64,000 nucleotides of DNA, taken from NCBI GenBank assembly GCA_964057225.1, contig OZ059900.1, forward strand, positions 21,390,001 to 21,454,000, in the 5' to 3' direction. Of the stretch, positions 24,601 through 40,300 are shown one piece after another. The notes beneath the pieces were generated by a model. That model worked only from the letters and a program-made list of their open reading frames with translations, was not told the DNA's origin and did not search any database. Each line of letters begins with the position of its first letter. Within the stretch, counting starts at the first letter, position 1. The position numbers and the translations under genes were made by a program. The stretch is from Auanema rhodensis. Taxonomy: Eukaryota; Animalia; Nematoda.

Positions 24601-25745
24601 CACAGTATTTCCCATGAGAAATATTTTATTATGCTGGAAAACCAGTTTTTGGAAATTTCGCTGTAAACAAGGTTTCGACTTACGATTTCATGTGTTCAAA
24701 CTCATGCAATGTCAATGAAACCTAGCTCAAAATTGTTTCTACAACGTCTTGTTCCACTTTCACGACAAAAAAACAGGGGTTAGAAAATTAAGGAAATTAG
24801 CATATTCTGAGGGCACGCCCCTTATGGCTAATATTGATTAAATCGATTTTTGTTCATATGAGTCGTCAAATGCAACGAATTTCAGCGTGTTACATACTAA
24901 AATGAAGCATTTTACATGCTGAACACTAAAAAAATACAAAAACACAGTATTTCCCATGAGAAATAATTTATTATGCTGGAAAACCAGTTTTTGGAAATTT
25001 CGCTGTAAACAAGGTTTTGACTTACGATTTCATGTGTTCAAACTCATGCAATGTCAATGAAACCTAGCTCAAAATTGTTCCTACAACGTCTAGTTCCACT
25101 TTCACGACAAAAAAACAGGGGTTAGAAAATTAAGGAAATTAGCATATTCTGAGGGCACGCCCTTTATGGCTAATATTGATTAAATCGATTTTTGTTCATA
25201 TGAGTCGTCAAATGCAACGAATTTCAGCGTGTTACATACTAAAATGAAGCATTTTACATGCTGAACACTATAAAAATACAAAAACACAGTATTTCCCATG
25301 AGAAATATTTTATTATGCTGGAAAACCAGTTTTGGGAAATTTCGCTGTAAACAAGGTTTTGACTTACAATTTCATGTGTTCAAACTCATGCAATGTCAAC
25401 GAAACCTAGCTCAAAATTGTTCCTACAACGTCTAATTCCACTTTCACGACAAAAAAACAGGGGTTAGAAAATTAAGGAAATTAGCATATTCTGAGGGCAC
25501 GCCCCTTATGGCTAATATTGATTAAATCGATTTTTGTTCATATGAGTTGTGAAATGCAACGAATTTCAGCGTGTTACATACTAAAATGAAGCATTTTACA
25601 TGCTGAACACTAGAAAAATACAAAAACACAGTATTTCCCATGAGAAATATTTTATTATGCTGGAAAACCAGTTTTGGGAAATTTCGCTGTAAACAAGGTT
25701 TTGACTTACAATTTCATGTGTTCAAACTCATGCAATGTCAATGAA
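20957..25745 (+). repeat. 7-mer tandem duplication, about 2,394 bp x2
   Basis: The monomer with caacatct + gcagttt occurs at 21641 and 24036, and the ttggga/tacaat/caacgaa monomer at 22667 and 25062, in the same order. Confidence 0.82.
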
Positions 25746-28138
25746 ACCTAGCTCAAAATTGTTCCTACAACGTCTAATTCCACTTTCACGACAAAAAAAC
25801 AGGGGTTAGAAAATTAAGGAAATTAGCATATTCTGAGGGCACGCCCCTTATGGCTAATATTGATTAAATCGATTTTTGTTCATATGAGTCGTGAAATGCA
25901 ACGAATTTCAGCGTGTTACATACTAAAATGAAGCATTTTACATGCTGAACACTAGAAAAATACAAAAACACAGTATTTCCCATGAGAAATATTTTATTAT
26001 GCTGGAAAACCAGTTTTTGGAAATTTCGCTGTAAACAAGGTTTTGACTTACGATTTCATGTGTTCAAACTCATGCAATGTCAATGAAACCTAGCTCAAAA
26101 TTGTTCGTACAACGTCTAGTTCCACTTTCACGACAAAAAAACAGGGGTTAGAAAATTAAGGAAGTTAGCATATTCTGAGGGCACGCCCCTTATGGCTAAT
26201 ATTGATTAAATCGATTTTTGTTCATATGAGTAGTCAAATGCAACGAATTTTAGCGTGTTACATACTAAAATGAAGCATTTTACATGCTGAACACTAGAAA
26301 AATACAAAAACACAGTATTTCCCATGAGAAATATTTTATTATGCTGGAAAACCAGTTTTTGGAAATTTCGCTGTAAACAAGGTTTTGACTTACGATTTCA
26401 TGTGTTCAAACTCATGCAATGTCAATGAAACCTAGCTCAAAATTGTTCGTACAACGTCTAGTTCCACTTTCACGACAAAAAAACAGGGGTTAGAAAATTA
26501 AGGAAGTTAGCATATTCTGAGGGCACGCCCCTTATGGCTAATATTGATTAAATCGATTTTTGTTCATATGAGTAGTCAAATGCAACGAATTTTAGCGTGT
26601 TACATACTAAAATGAAGCATTTTACATGCTGAACACTAGAAAAATACAAAAACACAGTATTTCCCATGAGAAATATTTTATTATGCTGGAAAACCAGTTT
26701 TTGGAAATTTCGCTGTAAACAAGGTTTCGACTTACGATTTCATGTGTTCAAACTCATGCAATGTCAATGAAACCTAGCTCAAAATTGTTTCTACAACGTC
26801 TAGTTCCACTTTCACGACAAAAAACAGGGGTTAGAAAATTAAGGAAATTAGCATATTCTGAGGGCACGCCCCTTATGGCTAATATTGATTAAATCGATTT
26901 TTGTTCATATGAGTCGTCAAATGCAACGAATTTCAGCGTGTTACATACTAAAATGAAGCATTTTACATGCTGAACACTAGAAAAATACAAAAACACAGTA
27001 TTTCCCATGAGAAATATTTTATTATGCTGGAAAACCAGTTTTTGGAAATTTCGCTGTAAACAAGGTTTTGACTTACGATTTCATGTGTTCAAACTCATGC
27101 AATGTCAATGAAACCTAGCTCAAAATTGTTCGTACAACGTCTAATTCCACTTTCACGACAAAAAAACAGGGGTTAGAAAATTAAGGAAATTAGCATATTC
27201 TGAGGGCACGCCCCTTATGGCTAATATTGATTAAATCGATTTTTGTTCATATGAGTCGTCAAATGCAACGAATTTCAGCGTGTTACATACTAAAATGAAG
27301 CATTTTACATGCTGAACACTAGAAAAATACAAAAACACAGTATTTCCCATGAGAAATATTTTATTATGCTGGAAAACCAGTTTTTGGAAATTTCGCTGTA
27401 AACAAGGTTTTGACTTACGATTTCATGTGTTCAAACTCATGCAATGTCAATGAAACCTAGCTCAAAATTGTTCCTACAACGTCTAGTTCCACTTTCACGA
27501 CAAAAAAACAGGGGTTAGAAAATTAAGGAAATTAGCATATTCTGAGGGCACGCCCCTTATGGCTAATATTGATTAAATCGATTTTTGTTCATATGAGTCG
27601 TCAAATGCAACGAATTTCAGCGTGTTACATACTAAAATGAAGCATTTTACATGCTTAACACTAGAAAAATACAAAAACACAGTATTTCCCATGAGAAATA
27701 TTTTATTATGCTGGAAAACCAGTTTTTGGAAATTTCGCTGTAAACAAGGTTTCGACTTACGATTTCATGTGTTCAAACTCATGCAATGTCAATGAAACCT
27801 AGCTCAAAATTGTTTCTACAACGTCTAGTTCCACTTTCACGACAAAAAAACAGGGGTTAGAAAATTAAGGAAATTAGCATATTCTGAGGGCACGCCCCTT
27901 ATGGCTAATATTGATTAAATCGATTTTTGTTCATATGAGTCGTCAAATGCAACGAATTTCAGCGTGTTACATACTAAAATGAAGCATTTTACATGCTGAA
28001 CACTAGAAAAATACAAAAACACAGTATTTCCCATGAGAAATATTTTATTATGCTGGAAAACCAGTTTTTGGAAATTTCGCTGCAAACAAGGTTTTGACTT
28101 ACGATTTCATGTGTTCAAACTCATGCAATGTCAATGAA

Positions 28139-31100
28139 ACCTAGCTCAAAATTGTTCGTACAACGTCTAATTCCACTTTCACGACAAAAGAACAGGGGTT
28201 AGAAAATTAAGGAAATTAGCATATTCTGAGGGCACGCCCCTTATGGCTAATATTGATTAAATCGATTTTTGTTCATATGAGTCGTCAAATGCAACGAATT
28301 TCAGCGTGTTACATACTAAAATGAAGCATTTTACATGCTGAACACTAGAAAAATACAAAAACACAGTATTTCCCATGAGAAATATTTTATTATGCTGGAA
28401 AACCAGTTTTTGGAAATTTCGCTGTAAACAAGGTTTTGACTTACGATTTCATGTGTTCAAACTCATGCAATGTCAATGAAACCTAGCTCAAAATTGTTCG
28501 TACAACGTCTAGTTCCACTTTCACGACAAAAAAACAGGGGTTAGAAAATTAAGGAAATTAGCATATTCTGAGGGCACGCCCCTTATGGCTAATATTGATT
28601 AAATCGATTTTTGTTCATATGAGTCGTCAAATGCAACAAATTTCAGCGTGTTACATACTAAAATGAAGCATTTTACAAGCTGAACACTAGAAAAATACAA
28701 AAACACAGTTTTTCCCATGAGAAATATTTTATTATGCTGGAAAACCAGTTTTTGGAAATTTCGCTGTAAACAAGGTTTTGACTTACGATTTCATGTGTTC
28801 AAACTCATGCAATGTCAATGAAACCTAGCTCAAAATTGTTCGTACAACGTCTAGTTCCACTTTCACGACAAAAAAACAGGGGTTAGAAAATTAAGGAAAT
28901 TAGCATATTCTGAGGGCACGCCCCTTATGGCTAATATTGATTAAATCGATTTTTGTTCATATGAGTCGTCAAATGCAACAAATTTCAGCGTGTTACATAC
29001 TAAAATGAAGCATTTTACAAGCTGAACACTAGAAAAATACAAAAACACAGTTTTTCCCATGAGAAATATTTTATTATGCTGGAAACCAGTTTTTGGAATT
29101 TTCGCTGTAAACAAGGTTTTGACTTACGATTTCATGTGTTCAAACTCATGCAATGTCAATGAAACCTAGCTCAAAATTGTTCGTACAACGTCTAGTTCCA
29201 CTTTCACGACAAAAAAACAGGGGTTAGAAAATTTAGGAAATTAGCATATTCTGAGGGCACGCCCCTTATGGCTAATATTGATTAAATCGATTTTGGTTCA
29301 TATGAGTCGTCAAATGCAACGAATTTCAGCGTGTTACATACTAAAATGAAGCATTTTACATGCTGAACACTAGAAAAATACAAAACACAGTTTTTCCCAT
29401 GAGAAATATTTTATTATGCTGGAAAACCAGTTTTTGGAAATTTCGCTGTAAACAAGGTTTTGACTTACGATTTCATGTGTTCAAACTCATGCAATGTCAA
29501 TGAAACCTAGCTCAAAATTGTTCGTACAACGTCTAGTTCCACTTTCACGACAAAAAAACAGGGGTTAGAAAATTTAGGAAATTAGCATATTCTGAGGGCA
29601 CGCCCCTTATGGCTAATATTGATTAAATCGATTTTGGTTCATATGAGTCGTCAAATGCAACGAATTTCAGCGTGTTACATACTAAAATGAAGCATTTTAC
29701 ATGCTGAACACTAGAAAAATACAAAACACAGTTTTTCCCATGAGAAATATTTTATTATGCTGGAAAACCAGTTTTTGGAAATTTCGCTGTAAACAAGGTT
29801 TTGACTTACGATTTCATGTGTTCAAACTCATGCAATGTCAATGAAACCTAGCTCAAAATTGTTCGTACAACGTCTAGTTCCACTTTCACGACAAAAAAAC
29901 AGGGGTTAGAAAATTTAGGAAATTAGCATATTCTGAGGGCACGCCCCTTATGGCTAATATTGATTAAATCGATTTTTGTTCATATGAGTCGTCAAAAGCA
30001 ACGAATTTCAGCGTGTTACATACTAAAATGAAGTATTTTACATGCTGAACACTAGAAAAATACAAAAACACAGTATTTCCCATGAGAAATATTTTATTAT
30101 GCTGGAAAACCAGTTTTTGGAAATTTCGCTGTAAACAAGGTTTTGACTTACGATTTCATGTGTTCAAACTCATGCAATGTCAATGAAACCTTGCTCAAAA
30201 TTGTTCCTACAACGTCTAGTTCCACTTTCACGACAAAAAAACAGGGGTTAGAAAATTAAGGAAATTAGCATATTCTGAGGGCACGCCCCTTATGGCTAAT
30301 ATTGATTAAATCGATTTTTGTTCATATGAGTCGTCAAATGAAACGAATTTCAGGGTGTTACATACTAAAATGAAGCATTTTACATGCTGAACACTATAAA
30401 AATACAAAAACACAGTATTTCCCATGAGAAATATTTTATTATGCTGGAAAACCAGTTTTTGGAAAGTTCGCTGTAAACAAGGTTTTGACTTACGATTTCA
30501 TGTGTTCAAACTCATGCAATGTCAATGAAACCTAGCTCAAAATTGTTCCTACAACGTCTAATTCCACTTTCACGACAAAAAAACAGGGGTTAGAAAATTA
30601 AGGAAATTAGCATATTCTGAGGGCACGCCCCTTATGGCTAATATTGATTAAATCGATTTTTGTTCATATGAGTCGTCAAATGAAACGAATTTCAGCGTGT
30701 TACATACTATAATGGAGTATTTTACATGCTGAACACTAGAAAAATACAAAAACACAGTATTTCCCATGAGAAATATTTTATTATGCTGGAAAACCAGTTT
30801 TTGGAAATTTCGCTGTAAACAAGGTTTTGACTTACGATTTCATGTGTTCAAACTCATGCAATGTCAATGAAACCTAGCTCAAAATTGTTCCTACAACGTC
30901 TAGTTCCACTTTCACGACAAAAAACAGGGGTTAGAAAATTAAGGAAATTAGCATATTCTGAGGGCACGCCCCTTATGGCTTATATTGATTAAATCGATTT
31001 TTGTTCATATGAGTCGTCAAATGCAACGAATTTCAGCGTGTTACATACTAAAATGAAGCATTTTACATGCTGAACACTAGAAAAATACAAAAACACAGTA

Positions 31101-33945
31101 TTTCCCATGAGAAATATTTTATTATGCTGGAAAACCAGTTTTTGGAAATTTCGCTGCAAACAAGGTTTTGACTTACGATTTCATGTGTTCAAACTCATGC
31201 AATGTCAATGAAACCTAGCTCAAAATTGTTCGTACAACGTCTAATTCCACTTTCACGACAAAAGAACAGGGGTTAGAAAATTAAGGAAATTAGCATATTC
31301 TGAGGGCACGCCCCTTATGGCTAATATTGATTAAATCGATTTTTGTTCATATGAGTCGTCAAATGCAACGAATTTCAGCGTGTTACATACTAAAATGAAG
31401 CATTTTACATGCTGAACACTAGAAAAATACAAAAACACAGTATTTCCCATGAGAAATATTTTATTATGCTGGAAAACCAGTTTTTGGAAATTTCGCTGTA
31501 AACAAGGTTTTGACTTACGATTTCATGTGTTCAAACTCATGCAATGTCAATGAAACCTAGCTCAAAATTGTTCGTACAACGTCTAGTTCCACTTTCACGA
31601 CAAAAAAACAGGGGTTAGAAAATTAAGGAAATTAGCATATTCTGAGGGCACGCCCCTTATGGCTAATATTGATTAAATCGATTTTTGTTCATATGAGTCG
31701 TCAAATGCAACAAATTTCAGCGTGTTACATACTAAAATGAAGCATTTTACAAGCTGAACACTAGAAAAATACAAAAACACAGTTTTTCCCATGAGAAATA
31801 TTTTATTATGCTGGAAAACCAGTTTTTGGAAATTTCGCTGTAAACAAGGTTTTGACTTACGATTTCATGTGTTCAAACTCATGCAATGTCAATGAAACCT
31901 AGCTCAAAATTGTTCGTACAACGTCTAGTTCCACTTTCACGACAAAAAAACAGGGGTTAGAAAATTAAGGAAATTAGCATATTCTGAGGGCACGCCCCTT
32001 ATGGCTAATATTGATTAAATCGATTTTTGTTCATATGAGTCGTCAAATGCAACAAATTTCAGCGTGTTACATACTAAAATGAAGCATTTTACAAGCTGAA
32101 CACTAGAAAAATACAAAAACACAGTTTTTCCCATGAGAAATATTTTATTATGCTGGAAACCAGTTTTTGGAATTTTCGCTGTAAACAAGGTTTTGACTTA
32201 CGATTTCATGTGTTCAAACTCATGCAATGTCAATGAAACCTAGCTCAAAATTGTTCGTACAACGTCTAGTTCCACTTTCACGACAAAAAAACAGGGGTTA
32301 GAAAATTTAGGAAATTAGCATATTCTGAGGGCACGCCCCTTATGGCTAATATTGATTAAATCGATTTTGGTTCATATGAGTCGTCAAATGCAACGAATTT
32401 CAGCGTGTTACATACTAAAATGAAGCATTTTACATGCTGAACACTAGAAAAATACAAAACACAGTTTTTCCCATGAGAAATATTTTATTATGCTGGAAAA
32501 CCAGTTTTTGGAAATTTCGCTGTAAACAAGGTTTTGACTTACGATTTCATGTGTTCAAACTCATGCAATGTCAATGAAACCTAGCTCAAAATTGTTCGTA
32601 CAACGTCTAGTTCCACTTTCACGACAAAAAAACAGGGGTTAGAAAATTTAGGAAATTAGCATATTCTGAGGGCACGCCCCTTATGGCTAATATTGATTAA
32701 ATCGATTTTTGTTCATATGAGTCGTCAAAAGCAACGAATTTCAGCGTGTTACATACTAAAATGAAGTATTTTACATGCTGAACACTAGAAAAATACAAAA
32801 ACACAGTATTTCCCATGAGAAATATTTTATTATGCTGGAAAACCAGTTTTTGGAAATTTCGCTGTAAACAAGGTTTTGACTTACGATTTCATGTGTTCAA
32901 ACTCATGCAATGTCAATGAAACCTTGCTCAAAATTGTTCCTACAACGTCTAGTTCCACTTTCACGACAAAAAAACAGGGGTTAGAAAATTAAGGAAATTA
33001 GCATATTCTGAGGGCACGCCCCTTATGGCTAATATTGATTAAATCGATTTTTGTTCATATGAGTCGTCAAATGAAACGAATTTCAGGGTGTTACATACTA
33101 AAATGAAGCATTTTACATGCTGAACACTATAAAAATACAAAAACACAGTATTTCCCATGAGAAATATTTTATTATGCTGGAAAACCAGTTTTTGGAAAGT
33201 TCGCTGTAAACAAGGTTTTGACTTACGATTTCATGTGTTCAAACTCATGCAATGTCAATGAAACCTAGCTCAAAATTGTTCCTACAACGTCTAATTCCAC
33301 TTTCACGACAAAAAAACAGGGGTTAGAAAATTAAGGAAATTAGCATATTCTGAGGGCACGCCCCTTATGGCTAATATTGATTAAATCGATTTTTGTTCAT
33401 ATGAGTCGTCAAATGAAACGAATTTCAGCGTGTTACATACTATAATGGAGTATTTTACATGCTGAACACTAGAAAAATACAAAAACACAGTATTTCCCAT
33501 GAGAAATATTTTATTATGCTGGAAAACCAGTTTTTGGAAATTTCGCTGTAAACAAGGTTTTGACTTACGATTTCATGTGTTCAAACTCATGCAATGTCAA
33601 TGAAACCTAGCTCAAAATTGTTCCTACAACGTCTAGTTCCACTTTCACGACAAAAAACAGGGGTTAGAAAATTAAGGAAATTAGCATATTCTGAGGGCAC
33701 GCCCCTTATGGCTTATATTGATTAAATCGATTTTTGTTCATATGAGTCGTCAAATGCAACGAATTTCAGCGTGTTACATACTATAATGGAGTATTTTACA
33801 TGCTGAACACTAGAAAAATACAAAAACACAGTATTTCCCATGAGAAATATTTTATTATGCTGGAAAACCAGTTTTTGGAAATTTCGCTGTAAACAAGGTT
33901 TTGACTTACGATTTCATGTGTTCGAACTCATGCAATGTCAATGAA
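28139..33945 (+). repeat. 8-mer tandem duplication; the first copy has one extra monomer
   Basis: The aaagaac monomer occurs at 28139 and 31213. Each is followed by the same series: caacaaa/acaagc x2, atttagg, ccttgc/cagggt, ctataatggagt, gcttat. The extra monomer is at 29505. Confidence 0.85.
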
Positions 33946-36900
33946 ACCTAGCTCAAAATTGTTCCTACAACGTCTAGTTCCACTTTCACGACAAAAAACA
34001 GGGGTTAGAAAATTAAGGAAATTAGCATATTCTGAGGGCACGCCCCTTATGGCTAATATTGATTAAATCGATTTTTGTTCATATGAGTCGTCAAATGCAA
34101 CGAATTTCAGCGTGTTACATACTAAAATGAAGCATTTTACATGCTGAACACTAAAAAAATACAAAAACACAGTATTTCCCATGAGAAATATTTTATTATG
34201 CTGGAAAACCAGTTTTTGGAAATTTCGCTGTAAACAAGGTTTTGACTTACGATTTCATGTGTTCAAACTCATGCAATGTCAATGAAACCTAGCTCAAAAT
34301 TGTTCCTACAACGTCTAATTCCACTTTCACGACAAAAAAACAGGGGTTAGAAAATTAAGGAAATTAGCATATTCTGAGGGCACGCCCCTTATGGCTAATA
34401 TTGATTAAATCGATTTTTGTTCATATGAGTCGTCAAATGCAACGAATTTCAGCGTGTTACATACTAAAATGAAGTATTTTACATGCTGAACACTAGAAAA
34501 ATACAAAAACACAGTATTTCCCATGAGAAATATTTTATTATGCTGGAAAACCAGTTTTTGGAAATTTCGCTGTAAACAAGGTTTTGACTTACGATTTCAT
34601 GTGTTCAAACTCATGCAATGTCAATGAAACCTAGCTCAAAATTGTTCCTACAACGTCTAGTTCCACTTTCACGACAAAAAACAGGGGTTAGAAAATTAAG
34701 GAAATTAGCATATTCTGAGGGCACGCCCCTTATGGCTTATATTGATTAAATCGATTTTTGTTCATATGAGTCGTCAAATGCAACGAATTTCAGCGTGTTA
34801 CATACTAAAATGGAGTATTTTACATGCTGAACACTAGAAAAATACAAAAACACAGTATTTCCCATGAGAAATATTTTATTATGCTGGAAAACCAGTTTTT
34901 GGAAATTTCGCTGTAAACAAGGTTTTGACTTACGATTTCATGTGTTCGAACTCATGCAATGTCAATGAAACCTAGCTCAAAATTGTTCCTACAACGTCTA
35001 GTTCCACTTTCACGACAAAAAACAGGGGTTAGAAAATTAAGGAAATTAGCATATTCTGAGGGCACGCCCCTTATGGCTAATATTGATTAAATCGATTTTT
35101 GTTCATATGAGTCGTCAAATGCAACGAATTTCAGCGTGTTACATACTAAAATGAAGCATTTTACATGCTGAACACTAGAAAAATACAAAAACACAGTATT
35201 TCCCATGAGAAATATTTTATTATGCTGGAAAACCAGTTTTTGGAAATTTCGCTGTAAACAAGGTTTTGACTTACGATTTCATGTGTTCAAACTCATGCAA
35301 TGTCAATGAAACCTAGCTCAAAATTGTTCCTACAACGTCTAATTCCACTTTCACGACAAAAAAACAGGGGTTAGAAAATTAAGGAAATTAGCATATTCTG
35401 AGGGCACGCCCCTTATGGCTAATATTGATTAAATCGATTTTTGTTCATATGAGTCGTCAAATGCAACGAATTTCAGCGTGTTACATACTAAAATGAAGCA
35501 TTTTACATGCTGAACACTATAAAAATACAAAAACACAGTATTTCCCATGAGAAATATTTTATTATGCTGGAAAACCAGTTTTTGGAAATTTCGCTGTAAA
35601 CAAGGTTTTGACTTACGATTTCATGTGTTCAAACTCATGCAATGTCAATGAAACCTAGCTCAAAATTGTTCCTACAACGTCTAATTCCACTTTCACGACA
35701 AAAAAACAGGGGTTAGAAAATTAAGGAAATTAGCATATTCTGAGGGCACGCCCCTTATGGCTAATATTGATTAAATCGATTTTTGTTCATATGAGTCGTC
35801 AAATGCAACGAATTTTAGCGTGTTACATACTAAAATGAAGCATTTTACATGCTGAACACTAGAAAAATACAAAAACACAGTATTTCCCATGAGAAATATT
35901 TTATTATGCTGGAAAACCAGTTTTTGGAAATTTCGCTGTAAACAAGGTTTTGACTTACGATTTCATGTGTTCAAACTCATGCAATGTCAATGAAACCTAG
36001 CTCAAAATTGTTCGTACAACGTCTAGTTCCACTTTCACGACAAAAAAACAGGGGTTCGAAAATTAAGGAAATTAGCATATTCTGAGGGCACGCCCCTTAT
36101 GGCTAATATTGATTAAATCGATTTTTGTTCATATGAGTCGTCAAATGCAACAAATTTCAGCGTGTTACATACTAAAATGAAGCATTTTACAAGCTGAACA
36201 CTAGAAAAATACAAAAACACAGTTTTTCCCATGAGAAATATTTTATTATGCTGGAAAACCAGTTTTTGGAAATTTCGCTGTAAACAAGGTTTTGACTTAC
36301 GATTTCATGTGTTCAAACTCATGCAATGTCAATGAAACCTAGCTCAAAATTGTTCGTACAACGTCTAGTTCCACTTTCACGACAAAAAAACAGGGGTTAG
36401 AAAATTAAGGAAATTAGCATATTCTGAGGGCACGCCCCTTATGGCTAATATTGATTAAATCGATTTTTGTTCATATGAGTCGTCAAATGCAACGAATTTC
36501 AGCGTGTTACATACTAAAATGAAGCATTTTACATGCTGAACACTATAAAAATACAAAAACACAGTATTTCCCATGAGAAATATTTTATTATGCTGGAAAA
36601 CCAGTTTTTGGAAATTTCGCTGTAAACAAGGTTTTGACTTACGATTTCATGTGTTCAAACTCATGCAATGTCAATGAAACCTAGCTCAAAATTGTTCCTA
36701 CAACGTCTAATTCCACTTTCACGACAAAAAAACAGGGGTTAGAAAATTAAGGAAATTAGCATATTCTGAGGGCACGCCCCTTATGGCTAATATTGATTAA
36801 ATCGATTTTTGTTCATATGAGTCGTCAAATGCAACGAATTTTAGCGTGTTACATACTAAAATGAAGCATTTTACATGCTGAACACTAGAAAAATACAAAA

Positions 36901-37362
36901 ACACAGTATTTCCCATGAGAAATATTTTATTATGCTGGAAAACCAGTTTTTGGAAATTTCGCTGTAAACAAGGTTTTGACTTACGATTTCATGTGTTCAA
37001 ACTCATGCAATGTCAATGAAACCTAGCTCAAAATTGTTCGTACAACGTCTAGTTCCACTTTCACGACAAAAAAACAGGGGTTCGAAAATTAAGGAAATTA
37101 GCATATTCTGAGGGCACGCCCCTTATGGCTAATATTGATTAAATCGATTTTTGTTCATATGAGTCGTCAAATGCAACAAATTTCAGCGTGTTACATACTA
37201 AAATGAAGCATTTTACAAGCTGAACACTAGAAAAATACAAAAACACAGTTTTTCCCATGAGAAATATTTTATTATGCTGGAAAACCAGTTTTTGGAAATT
37301 TCGCTGTAAACAAGGTTTTGACTTACGATTTCATGTGTTCAAACTCATGCAATGTCAATGAA

Positions 37363-40300
37363 ACCTAGCTCAAAATTGTTCGTACAACGTCTAGTTCCAC
37401 TTTCACGACAAAAAAACAGGGGTTAGAAAATTTAGGAAATTAGCATATTCTGAGGGCACGCCCCTTATGGCTAATATTGATTAAATCGATTTTGGTTCAT
37501 ATGAGTCGTCAAATGCAACGAATTTCAGCGTGTTACATACTAAAATGAAGCATTTTACATGCTGAACACTAGAAAAATACAAAAACACAGTTTTACCCAT
37601 GAGAAATATTTTATTATGCTGGAAAACCAGTTTTTGGAAATTTCGCTGTAAACAAGGTTTTGACTTACGATTTCATGTGTTCAAACTCATGCAATGTCAA
37701 TGAAACCTAGCTCAAAATTGTTCGTACAACGTCTAGTTCCACTTTCACGACAAAAAAACAGGGGTTAGAAAATTTAGGAAATTAGCATATTCTGAGGGCA
37801 CGCCCCTTATGGCTAATATTGATTAAATCGATTTTTGTTCATATGAGTCGTCAAATGCAACGAATTTCAGCGTGTTACATACTAAAATGAAGTATTTTAC
37901 ATGCTGAACACTAGAAAAATACAAAAACACAGTATTTCCCATGAGAAATATTTTATTATGCTGGAAAACCAGTTTTTAGAAATTTCGCTGTAAACAAGGT
38001 TTTGACTTACGATTTCATGTGTTCAAACTCATGCAATGTCAATGAAACCTTGCTCAAAATTGTTCCTACAACGTCTAGTTCCACTTTCACGACAAAAAAA
38101 CAGGGGTTAGAAAATTAAGGAAATTAGCATATTCTGAGGGCACGCCCCTTATGGCTAATATTGATTAAATCGATTTTTGTTCATATGAGTCGTCAAATGA
38201 AACGAATTTCAGGGTGTTACATACTAAAATGAAGCATTTTACATGCTGAACACTATAAAAATACAAAAACACAGTATTTCCCATGAGAAATATTTTATTA
38301 TGCTGGAAAACCAGTTTTTGGAAAGTTCGCTGTAAACAAGGTTTTGACTTACGATTTCATGTGTTCAAACTCATGCAATGTCAATGAAACCTTGCTCAAA
38401 ATTGTTTCTACAACGTCTAGTTCCACTTTCACGACAAAAAAACAGGGGTTAGAAAATTAAGGAAATTAGCATATTCTGAGGGCACGCCCCTTATGGCTAA
38501 TATTGATTAAATCGATTTTTGTTCATATGAGTCGTCAAATGAAACGAATTTCAGGGTGTTACATACTAAAATGAAGCATTTTACATGCTGAACACTATAA
38601 AAATACAAAAACTTAGTATTTCCCATGAGAAATATTTTATTATGCTGGAAAACCAGTTTTTGGAAAGTTCGCTGTAAACAAGGTTTTGACTTACGATTTC
38701 ATGTGTTCAAACTCATGCAATGTCAATGAAACCTAGCTCAAAATTGTTCCTACAACGTCTTATTCCACTTTCACGACAAAAAAACAGGGGTTAGAAAATT
38801 AAGGAAATTAGCATATTCTGAGGGCACGCCCCTTATGGCTAATATTGATTAAATCGATTTTTGTTCATATGAGTCGTCAAATGCAACGAATTTCAGCGTG
38901 TTACATACTAAAATGAAGTATTTTACATGCTGAACACTAGAAAAATACAAAAACACAGTATTTCCCATGAGAAATATTTTATTATGCTGGAAAACCAGTT
39001 TTTGGAAATTTCGCTGTAAACAAGGTTTTGACTTACGATTTCATGTGTTCAAACTCATGCAATGTCAATGAAACCTTGCTCAAAATTGTTCCTACAACGT
39101 CTAGTTCCACTTTCACGACAAAAAAACAGGGGTTAGAAAATTAAGGAAATTAGCATATTCTGAGGGCACGCCCCTTATGGCTAATATTGATTAAATCGAT
39201 TTTTGTTCATATGAGTCGTCAAATGAAACGAATTTCAGGGTGTTACATACTAAAATGAAGCATTTTACATGCTGAACACTATAAAAATACAAAAACACAG
39301 TATTTCCCATGAGAAATATTTTATTATGCTGGAAAACCAGTTTTTGGAAAGTTCGCTGTAAACAAGGTTTTGACTTACGATTTCATGTGTTCAAACTCAT
39401 GCAATGTCAATGAAACCTTGCTCAAAATTGTTTCTACAACGTCTAGTTCCACTTTCACGACAAAAAAACAGGGGTTAGAAAATTAAGGAAATTAGCATAT
39501 TCTGAGGGCACGCCCCTTATGGCTAATATTGATTAAATCGATTTTTGTTCATATGAGTCGTCAAATGAAACGAATTTCAGGGTGTTACATACTAAAATGA
39601 AGCATTTTACATGCTGAACACTATAAAAATACAAAAACTTAGTATTTCCCATGAGAAATATTTTATTATGCTGGAAAACCAGTTTTTGGAAAGTTCGCTG
39701 TAAACAAGGTTTTGACTTACGATTTCATGTGTTCAAACTCATGCAATGTCAATGAAACCTAGCTCAAAATTGTTCCTACAACGTCTTATTCCACTTTCAC
39801 GACAAAAAAACAGGGGTTAGAAAATTAAGGAAATTAGCATATTCTGAGGGCACGCCCCTTATGGCTAATATTGATTAAATCGATTTTTGTTCATATGAGT
39901 CGTCAAATGCAACGAATTTCAGCGTGTTACATACTTAAATGAAGTATTTTACATGCTGAACACTAGAAAAATACAAAAACACAGTATTTCCCATGAGAAA
40001 TATTTTATTATGCTGGAAAACCAGTTTTTGGAAATTTCGCTGTAAACAAGGTTTTGACTTACGATTTCATGTGTTCAAACTCATGCAATGTCAATGAAAC
40101 CTAGCTCAAAATTGTTCCTACAACGTCTAGTTCCACTTTCACGACAAAAAACAGGGGTTAGAAAATTAAGGAAATTAGCATATTCTGAGGGCACGCCCCT
40201 TATGGCTTATATTGATTAAATCGATTTTTGTTCATATGAGTCGTCAAATGCAACGAATTTCAGCGTGTTACATACTAAAATGGAGTATTTTACATGCTGA

